Assembly (NCBI GenBank): GCA_002269645.1
Contig: NIVC01002506.1
Location: forward strand, 102,265 to 166,264
Length of the DNA: 64,000 bases
Direction: 5' to 3'
From: Macrostomum lignano
Taxonomy: Eukaryota
This document shows, piece after piece, positions 37,730-48,189 of this stretch. The notes beneath the pieces were generated by a model. The model ran no database searches and had not been told where the DNA came from. It saw nothing but the letters and a program-made list of their open reading frames with translations. Each line of letters starts with the position of its first letter. Positions within the stretch are counted from its first letter, which is position 1. The translations under genes and the position numbers were made by a program.

Positions 37730-39830
37730 ATTATGGAAGCGTCATGTAAACAATCATACAAGCGTCATGTAAACAATCATAGAAGCGTCATGTAAAAATC
37801 ATAGAAGCGTCATGTAAACAATCATAGAAGCGTCATGTTAAAATCATAAAAGCGTCATGTAAACAATCATACAAGCGTCATGTAAACAATCATAGAAGCG
37901 TCATGTTAAAATCATAAAAGCGTCATAAAAAAATCATAGAAGCGTCATGCAAACAATCATAGAAGCGTCATGTTAAAATCATACAAGCGTCATGTAAACA
38001 ATCATACAAGCGTCATGTAAACAATCATAGAAGCGTCATATAAAAAATCATAGAAGCGTCATGTAAACAATCATAAAAGCGTCATGTAAACAATCATAGA
38101 AGCGTCATGTTAAAATCATAAAAGCGTCATAAAAATCATAGAAGCGTCATGCAAACAATCATAGAAGCGTCATGTTAAAATCATACAAGCGTCATGTAAA
38201 CAATCATACAAGCGTCATGTAAACAATCATAGAAGCGTCATGTAAAAAATCATAGAAGCGTCATGTTAAAATCATAAAAGCGTCATAAAAAATCATAGAA
38301 GCTTCATGTAAACAATCATACAAGCGTCATGTAAACAATCATAGAAGCGTCATGTAAACAATCATACAAGCGTCATGTAAACAATCATAGAAGCGTCATG
38401 TTAAAATCATAAAAGCGTCATAAAAAATCATAGAAGCGTCATGTAAACAATCATAAAAGCGTCATGTAAACAATCATAGAAGCGTCATGTAAATAATCAT
38501 AGAAGCGTCATGTAAACAATCATAGAAGCGTCATGTAAAAAATCATAGAAGCGTCATGTAAAAATCATAGAAGCGTCATGTAAAAATCATAGAAGCGTCA
38601 TGAAAAAATCATAGAAGTGTCATGTAAAAATCATAGAAGCGTCATGTAAAAATCATAGAAGCGTCATGTAAAAATCATAGAAGCGTCATGTTAAAATCAT
38701 AGAAGCGTCATGTAAACAATCATACAAGCGTCATGTAAACAATCATAGAAGCGTCATATAAAAAATCATAGAAGCGTCATGGTAAAATCATAAAAGCGTC
38801 TTAAAAATCATAGAAGCGTCATGTAAACAATCATAGAAGCGTCATGTAAATAATTATAGAAGCGTCATGTAAACAATCATAGAAGCGTCATGTAAATAAT
38901 CATAGAAGCGTCATGTAAACAATCATAAAAGCGTCATGTAAACAATCATAGAAGCGTCATGTAAATAATCATAGAAGCGTCATGTAAACAATCATAGAAG
39001 CGTCATGTAAAAAATCATAGAAGCGTCATGTAAAAATCATAGAAGCGTCATGTAAAAATCATAGAAGCGTCATGCAAACAATCATACAAGCGTCATGTTA
39101 AAATCATACAAGCGTCATGTAAACAATCATACAAGCGTCATGTAAACAATCATAGAAGCGTCATGTAAAAATCATAGAAGCGTCATGTAAACAATCATAA
39201 AAGCGTCATGTAAACAATCATAGAAGCGTCATGTAAATAATCATAGAAGCGTCATGTAAACAATCATAGAAGCGTCATGTAAATAATCATAGAAGCGTCA
39301 TGTAAAAATCATAGAAGCGTCATGTAAAAATCATAGAAGCGTCATGAAAAAATCATAGAAGCGTCATGTAAAAATCATAGAAGCGTCATGTAAAAATCAT
39401 AGAAGCGTCATGTAAAAATCATAAAAGCGTCATGTTAAAATCATAGAAGCGTCATGTAAACAATCATACAAGCGTCATGTAAACAATCATAGAAGCGTCA
39501 TGTAAAAAATCATAGAAGCGTCATGTAAAAATCATAGAAGCGTCATGTAAACAATCATAAAAGCGTCATGTAAAAATCATAGAAGCGTCATGAAAAAATC
39601 ATAGAAGCGTCATGTAAAAATCATAGTAGCGTCATGTAAAAATCATAGAAGCGTCATGTAAAAAATCATAGAAGCGTCATGTAAACAATCATACAAGCGT
39701 CATGTAAACAATCATAGAAGCGTCATGAAACAATCATAAAAGCGTCATGTAAACAATCATAAAAGCGTCATGTAAACAAGCATAGAAGCGTCATGTTAAC
39801 ATAGAAGCGTCATGAAAAAATCATAGAAGC
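37730..39830. repeat. 23-bp satellite array A3 in H5
   Basis: Same aatcatagaagcgtcatgtaaac family as in H2. Confidence 0.95.
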
Positions 39831-40776
39831 CTCATATAAAAACTAATGAAAGTGTGTCATTTAAAAAATTAAGAAGCATCATGGAAGAATAAAAGAAGCG
39901 TAACGTAAAAATCAAAAGAAGCGTCATGTCAGACATGAAACAAGTGTCATAAAAATTAAATGAAGCTATAGTGCTGTGCTGGGGAGAATCACTGAGACGT
40001 CAAGGCTCACAGAGAATAACTGAGATTACAGGGGGGTTTCTGAGATGTTAAAGCAAAAGTCAGAAGCTACTTCAAAGTACATGTACTTTACTTAAGTTTT
40101 TTATTGCATTCTTTGTTGGCTTGCCACGGTGGGGGGGCGCTGATAGAAGAAGAGTCATGTAAAAATAAAAGGAGCACTATGTGTACATAAAATAAAAGTC
40201 ATGTCAAAGTTAAAAGATTCATTTGGGAATTGCTATGATGTCAAAGCTTGGAGGGAATCGTTATAGTGCTGTGATTCTTAAAGAAGGAATCACTTAAATG
40301 CCAAGGCTTAGGGAAGAAGAATTGCTGTGATTTCAAGGCTTTAGGTTGGGTAAAAGTTAGGTTTACGTCAGGTTTGGGTTGAGGGTTAGATTTTAGCGTG
40401 TTTCAAGGTTAACAGGGGATTTTTTAGATTTCAAGGTTTATGGGGGGCATCGCTGACATGTCAAGGCTTACGAGGGGAATCTATCTATCTATCTATCTAT
40501 AGCTGAGATGTCAAGGCTCACGGGGGAATAAATGAGATGTCAAGGCTAATGTCAGAAGCTACATGTAGTTTATAGGAAAAAAGTTATTACATTATTTGTT
40601 GGCTCCTCACAGGAGGGATCGCTGATAGAAAAAGCGTAATGTAAAAAAAAGAAGCTTCATGTCGAAGTTAAGAGATTCATTTGGGAATCCCTACGATGTC
40701 GAGGCTTGCAGGGAATCGCTTTAATGCTGTAGTAGTGCTATAGACTCTTAAAGAGAATTACTGAAATTTCAATGCT

Positions 40777-40817
40777 TTAGGGTTAGGGTTAGGGTTAGGG
40801 TTAGGGTTAGGGTTAGA
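40777..40817 (+). repeat. Interstitial telomeric repeat (TTAGGG)6 in the H5 tail
   Basis: Six perfect units in the same flanking context (ttcaatgct...ttaga) as in H2. Confidence 0.9.
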
Positions 40818-43049
40818 AAGTAGACAGATTTTTTAAGATTTCAAGGCTTATGGGAGCATCACTGAGATGTCAAGGGGGGGGGGTTGATATGTTAAGGCTT
40901 GTGGGGGGGGATTGCTGACATGTCAAGGCTTACACGGGTACTGGTAGCGTACTGAAGCATACTGGTAGAAGTAGCTCTGAAAGAAGGCAAGTATGGTTGA
41001 ATTTCAATGTCTGTTATAAAATTCTGCACAAACATGTTTTATTGGTACATAAGCCTGGAATTAAAATGAGAATTCGATTCCTAGCCCCCCTCCCTAAGAA
41101 TTTTTTTTTCATTTTAAAGGATTCGTCCCTTGCTTATTGGCCACCCCGAAGGGGGGCGCTAGATTGCTAGTGTTTGCTATAAATATAATGTATATAAATA
41201 TTAAATATAACAATAGAAAAAATGTTCTTTATTGTTGCAAAAGAAAAGTAAATTTGCATAATTTTTAAATTTTGGCATATATGACAAGTCACATTTCCCA
41301 TTTTTGGTGTATTTGGTATACACCTAAATTTTTGCCCAAAAAATTCTAGCATACACTGGACACCTTCCTAATAGTTGATGTATATGATTGCTAAAAAGTA
41401 TAAATAGACAATAGATAATATTTTCCCTTGCTAACTTGGAATTACATTATAAGTATTTTTATTGAAAGAATACTTTTATATTATACTACTCTAGATACCA
41501 GTAGAAAATATGGTGGAATATAATATACTAATAATTACAGAATATAACTAATAATACAGACAATACAGAAATGATTTCAGTATAATACTACTAACTAAAC
41601 AGAACTTAACACAAAATATGATAATGGCTCTTTTCTAGAGTATTAGAATATCACATAAAGCAGTGTACATGCGGCATGAAATCAATCAACAAACGCAATT
41701 TTGGTCACCATCTTAACTGTCTCGTCTGTAGTCTGAACTCATTCTACCTAAGATCTTATCTGAACTCATTCTACCTGAGAGTAATGGATCTGCGATATTT
41801 AATACTTTTAGAAGAACAAAACAAGCTTATAAAACCTAATTAAAATCAGCATCTTTGCGTTTAGATTTTGCTAAAGAATCTATTTTATCACCACGATAAC
41901 TCAAAATGTTGAAAACGAAAACTGCTTTTTCAGAAAGAAATAAACTTAAATAACGGACAAAAAATAGCTTGTTTTAACAAACTTTAAACAAGATTCTAAT
42001 ACTATCATTGTAAAAGAAGGTTTTATATCTGCAAAAACTAGTTTTTAACTGCTAAAAATGAACATATATGTTTTTTTACGTGTTTTAAACTTCAAAGGTT
42101 CATAACGCCGAAAATTTTAAACTTTGAGCGAATTTACATTCAACACGTTTTGTTCGCATAAAAATTTCACGACACGGAATTTTTAACCGTCGAAATTTCA
42201 CATTCAAAGGTTTTATCATTTAGATTTTGGTTCTCTCTTTCGTGCAAAAAAACACAGCTGGTTTATATACAAATTGTATGCACTCTTAGCTAACTACATG
42301 TATTATTACCTGTACATGTACATGTATTCTACACAGCAATCCAACGACATCGGAAACTGGGCCGCTGTCCAAGGACTACTTAAGTTAGGACGGAAAACTA
42401 CATACGTTTCTTGGTAAATTTAGGAGGCTGCAGGTTTTACCGTAAAAGACATTAGGGAGATATATAGGTTTTCGTAATTTTTCAGCACAAAAATTCTTAT
42501 TGCTTTATGCATGAAAGGAGGCATGACCCAATGTTTTTGCGGCCTTTCTTTATACATGTACATGTAGCTCGATTGATATTCATAGAGTTTTTTATTTATA
42601 AAATAAGGATTTTGTGTTTATTTTATATCCTACCCACGTCATGCGCCTCAAATCATAATGGCACAGCGCTCAACTCATAGTTTTTACATGTATGAGCGCT
42701 ATATCAGATCTGTTACAATTTTTTCTACGCAGTGAGCTAAGACTGATTGCTGCACGGGCTCGCCTGGCGTTGCTGATCGAGACCGATCATCTGCCGCCTT
42801 GCCAAAGCAAAACGAATCGGCCTGCATGACAGACTGCGCTGACAGAAATCTTTGGCGAAGAAACCGGCGCTTCGCCGCCACCGCCAAAAGCGGCATATCC
42901 TATCTAAAGCGGATCGGCACCAGCTTAACGATCCATCCAGCCAACGGATCGGTATAGCGGCAGGTGAGGCAATAATGGAGCTGCATGGGAGCGGCAGCTG
43001 TGACAGCAGATTCAACAGCGTCTGGGGCGCATCTCGGGCACAGGCGACC

Positions 43050-44380
43050 CTCAGTTACTCAGCAATGCCCCAAACCCCCAGTGCCCCAGCATTCCTTGCA
43101 ATGACTCAACCTTCAGTTCCTCAGCATTCCCCGCAATGACCCAACCTTCAGTTCCTCAGCATTCCCCGCAATGATACAGCCATCAGTTCCTCGATCAGCA
43201 TTCCCCGCAATGACCCAACCTTCAGTTCCTCAGCATTCCCCGCAATGATACAGCCATCAGTTCCTCGATCAGCATTCCCTGCAATGACTCAACCTTCAGT
43301 TCCTTAGCATTCCCCGTAATGACCCGACTCTCAGTTCCTCAGCATTCCCCGCAATGACCCAAACTCTCAGTTCCTCAGCATTCCCCGCAATGACCCAACT
43401 CTCAGTTCCTCAGCATTCCCCGCAATGGCCCAAACTCTCAGTTCCTCAGCATTCCCCGCAATGACCCAACTCTCAGTTCCTCAGCATTCCCCGCAATGGC
43501 CCAAACTCTCAGTTCCTCAGCATTCCCCGCAATGACCCAACTCTCAGTTCCTCAGCATTCCCCGCAATGGCCCAAACTCTCAGTTCCTCAGCATTCCCCG
43601 CAATGACCCAACTCTCAGTTCCTCAGAATTCAACGCTGTGACTCAACCTTCAGTTCCTCAGCATTCCCCGCAATGACCCGACTCTCAGTTCCTCAGCATT
43701 CCCCGCTGTGACCCAACTCTCAGTTCCTCAGAATTCCCCGCTGTGACCCAACTCTCAGTTCCTCAGAATTTCCCGCTGTGACCCAACTCTCAGTTCCTCA
43801 GAATTCCCCGCTGTGACCCAACCCTCAGTTCCTCAGAATTTCCCGCAATGACCCAACTCTCAGTTCCTCAGCATTCCCCGCAATGGCCCAAACTCTCAGT
43901 TCCTCAGCATTCCCCGCAATGACCCAACTCTCAGTTCCTCAGCATTCCCCGCAATGGCCCAAACTCTCAGTTCCTCAGCATTCCCCGCAATGACCCAACT
44001 CTCAGTTCCTCAGAATTCAACGCTGTGACTCAACCTTCAGTTCCTCAGCATTCCCCGCAATGACCCGACTCTCAGTTCCTCAGCATTCCCCGCTGTGACC
44101 CAACTCTCAGTTCCTCAGAATTCCCCGCTGTGACCCAACTCTCAGTTCCTCAGAATTTCCCGCTGTGACCCAACTCTCAGTTCCTCAGAATTCCCCGCTG
44201 TGACCCAACCCTCAGTTCCTCAGAATTTCCCGCAATGACCCAACTCTCAGTTCCTCAGCATTCCCCACAGTGACCCAACTCTCAGTTCCTCAGCATTCCC
44301 CGCAATGACCCAACTCTCAGTTCCTCAGCATTCCCCGCAATGACCCAACTCTCAGTTCCTCAGAATTCAACGCTGTGACC
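43050..44380. repeat. 35-36-bp tandem repeat
   Basis: Unit ctcagttcctcagcattccccgcaatgacccaact, ~37 copies. Confidence 0.95.
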
Positions 44381-44916
44381 CAAGACCAAATTAACAAAAC
44401 AGGAACTAAGAAGAGCAATTAATAGAATCATTATCACGATTTTTTATTAAAAAAAGTTGTCAAAACGCATTGCACCGATGTATATTGAATAATGAGTCGT
44501 AAATTTAGCAGACAAAAATTTTCGAAATTGCTTTACTGAGAAAAACGAATAGAGTTAAACGGAAGGATTTAACAAAATAAAGAAGGAATTTCTTCTTTGG
44601 AAGAATATTAGACTCAGCTGGCGATTTCTCAGCCTGTAAATATTAGCAATAAATAATTGAATACAAAACCATTTCACGATTAAATACTGACTGACCGCAT
44701 GCATCTCTGTCGAATGTTTTTAACAAACAAAAGTCTGCGTAAGTTATCAAATACGATTCATAATGATAAATGAGTAAATCTGGATTAAACTTTAACATCG
44801 CATGCAAAAAAACGTTTATTGCACTTTTGCAAACTGATATTCAATTATCCACCAACCACTTGACTATCAGGATTATTGCACACTACACTCAGTAAGTCAG
44901 TAATAGACAGGCCTCT

Positions 44917-46970
44917 TTACCGGCACATTCTCATGGTCATGTCCTTCTGCAATCAAGACCGCATATGTTTGTTTCGTTTAATTTACTGGATAGCAGGATA
45001 AGTGCAGATAGCTCCGCCTGTCAGTCAAACATGAGGACTCACCAACGGCTCCAGTTCCTTCTTGTCCACCAGAGCGAACTCGTTCACAAAGTAGAAAAAG
45101 TGCTTGTAGCAGGTGTTCACGTGAGCTTCCTGAAATATCATTGTTGTTGAAAGTTCAATAAAGTACGTTTCAAACGATGTCAAACGTGAGCACGGTGGTT
45201 TGTACGCTAGCACGCATCCACACGGAGTGTTCAACGGCCTTGACTTTCACACAGGCGGAAATCACACGACAAACCCCCAGGCCAATTGATGCGCACGAGG
45301 CCCAAATTAATGTGGCTGAGCTTTTAGGTAAAAGTGTCAACAGTTAACACAGTTAGTGAGGTAACGAACTGCCCTGGGTGGGGTTTGAGGCGCCACTCCC
45401 TAGTGTCATGCAGCTTGGGATGGCCTGCACAACTTGTCAATGAAGGCAAAGCTTGATACCAGATGTCCGAAATTGAACGCCCAAGTACTCACGGCGCCAA
45501 CAGACACCAGGTGCTCAAAGTGGTGAATATAGACGTGAACAAAGACTCGAAATAAGCGAGTGAAAATCTTCTTAACGCTGGCCAAGTAGGTCTTGGGAAA
45601 CGGCCGGCTGGAGTCGGTGGGGAAAAGTTCCTCGTCGCTGATCTGCGTCTCAACCCAGTCCATGAGCAGGTGGATGTACTCCCTGGCAGGCAGGGAGGTC
45701 GGCTTCTTGTACTGGCCCTTGTCAGCCCACTGGTACTCGTACTTGGAGCCGCCGCTCATCTTGGGGCAGCTGACCTCCGTGCACTCCTCCGCCACTGTGC
45801 CGTAGATCAGATTCACCCGGTTGTAGAAGTCCACAGCGTGCACTGCAAGCCAATCGTTGAGATCCTCGCCCTGCGGCAGCTGCACCGCAGTTTTCAGATC
45901 GATGCCGGCGCTGAGAGACGCCATAGCGTTCTTGTGCAGCTGGTGGCGAAGTGTGCCCTCCTTGTACTTCTTCTGGGGCTTGAAGGTCTATTGGTTTTAT
46001 TTGGAATTGTTGCAGCTGTATTTGGTTTTGCATGCTGATGAGATAGGACATTAAAGTATCAAATTAGAACTTAAACAATAAAAATCATTTATTATCCTTA
46101 TGCTATCTATATAAACCATAGATAGAAGATCTAATGTAGATGTTAATATTATTAATTAGAATGAAGTAATTTGAACTTTTTAAAAATAAGTGTACAAATT
46201 TCTACATTCAAATTGAAACTTCTAATATAGTCTTTTGAAAGTTTTAGAAAATAGGTTTTATAAACATGCTATATTAGAACCAATTTATACATATGCATGT
46301 TATTCAAAATTTTCAAAATCAATGACAAAATATAAGTAGCTTAACAAATCTAAAATAATAGTAATACTGATGACAATATTGCACTTTATATAGATATAAA
46401 ACCTAAGTAAAGTAGCACTATAACCAATCAATACTATAACTATATCACTATACTATATCAATAATATATCAATATGTTATTAAGCTCAGTCTACTTCTGC
46501 AAAAATCTTGTTTCTAAAGTTAAAAATTTTAATAAAAATCTAGATCAATAAAGCTAAGCTAAGCAAGTTTATATCTACAAATCTTACACAGTTAACCAGT
46601 TAAAGGCTGCATAAAGGTAAAAAGCATATTAGTATCAATGCATTGTCTAAAAACTCAGACTTGGTAAAAAGTCTATTTGAAGTAATTTAAATATAAAATA
46701 GCATAGCTATACTTAAGACAAATTTCTGAGCCTATATGTACTTTTGTTAAAAGATACTTGACACAAATAGTTGCAATTTATAAATGAAGCTGATCATGCC
46801 CATTCGTTAAGATCAAGCAAATTAAATAAAATTAATTGCACACTGCATCTTACTGAAAGATGGTATAAATATAATTAATTTAAAAAATTCAAGAAAGCCA
46901 TGAGCAAAACAGCATTCAATTTTCATACCTTTTCTCGATTAAAGAACTCTTTAAATCCTCCAAATGACAT
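44917..46970 (-). CDS. MOB3: MOB kinase activator 3 (MOB3 family), complete, 217 aa
   Basis: Exons 46929-46970 ([14 protein letters not shown]), 45493-45987, 45043-45129 and 44917-44946 (KDMTMRMCR*), all phase 0. Contains [38 protein letters not shown] and [11 protein letters not shown]. The C-terminal MTMRMC resembles vertebrate MOB3 MTARMC. Confidence 0.95.
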
Positions 46971-48189
46971 TTTAAAAAGATAATAGGTCACTGCTATCAG
47001 GTGACGCAAAGCTAAGTTGCTAATTATGAGTTGAAGATATGTCAAAGTTCGGTCGGTCAGTCAGTCAGTCAGTCGACAAGTTTAGACTCAGGTTTCTTAG
47101 AAAACTGAAATTAAAACTCGCCACTTCCTCAATTATCGCCTTTTTTAAAATTTCACGACACATTGCAACTGAGAGTCATGAACATTTTTTTCTAAAAAGA
47201 AACTGCTGTTTAGGAGAATTTCGTTAAATATATTTTTGCTTTTACTACAACTGTTGCATCTCTCTGGATTATCATTTGGGCTATGGATTACATATCCGGT
47301 GTGATTATGTATTATTTAGATTATCGGTTTATAAGAACTGACATTGAAAGGCTTGTCCTTTTCGAGGTAAGTCCTGCCCGATCTCTACATGATATTTACG
47401 GAATCCGGTTATAGTTGTACTGCATAGAATACATATATACAGTTCATACGTTGTAAAACCACGCGTACAACAAAACGAATTTTCCTGTCTACATGTAAAT
47501 TTTTATGCGCACAATCAGTGCTAAAATTTGAAAAACTTGTTTTTCGATCAAAGCTATGGCTACGTGTACATGTGAATCTTTTTAAACAGGGTCTTTCAGC
47601 ATATAATTCACCATAGTTGTATGTCAGCATGAAGAGTAAATATCAAAACAACTTTTTTTACTCTTTTACCACGTACTTTTTATGAAATTTTCTCCTTCTC
47701 GTTAAAATCATTAGCTTATCAAATTCGCGACTCTTGAGCTGCACCAATCTTGCTGAAATCACAAGCGCCATACACATGAATTTTCTCGACTTGAGCTCGC
47801 CAACCATGACATGAGCTCGCGAAGGATCACTATACAGTGCTACTAAACAGCCAAAGATAAGATTAAAAAGTAAAAAACTGCTGTGCTTTGAAAAAAATCA
47901 AGCATAAAATTTAGCTAGCTGAAGGGCAAGATAATTAAGTGCAATAGTCTAGGCTTCGTACATGCAGTGTCGTAGGCAGAAGTCTCACTTTTGGACAGTA
48001 TATTTATCTGATCCGTTGCTTTGCTGGGCTAATTTAGAGGCTTGAAGGAGAGAAACTCTCTTCTGAATTCACTTTCTAGAGCATTCTAGAAAATACTTTT
48101 GCCTTTTCAATTTCTAAATCGCCCAGAAGCGATTGCAAATAATCAGCCTAAATCACTGAGGTCAGAAGACCCGCACTCAGCAAATTGCC

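Larger units (their letters stand above)
34666..41170 (+). mobile_element. Non-autonomous Helitron-like element H5 (chimeric)
   Basis: TCcatatactaaaaatgg start with an H3-like head. Ends ccaccccgaaggggggcgctagattgCTAG|T. Confidence 0.8.

Noticed and set aside
10500-39830. Possible CRISPR arrays (23-35 bp repeats with a leader-like region)
   Set aside because: Monomers are directly adjacent with no unique spacers, there are no cas genes, and the context is eukaryotic.
9915-41170. Autonomous Helitron Rep/helicase gene or captured host exons
   Set aside because: No HUH or PIF1-like motifs and no credible coding ORF anywhere in the block.
42699-43139. Short ORFs on both strands as a protein gene
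   Set aside because: No recognisable motif and no consistent splicing to neighbouring exons.
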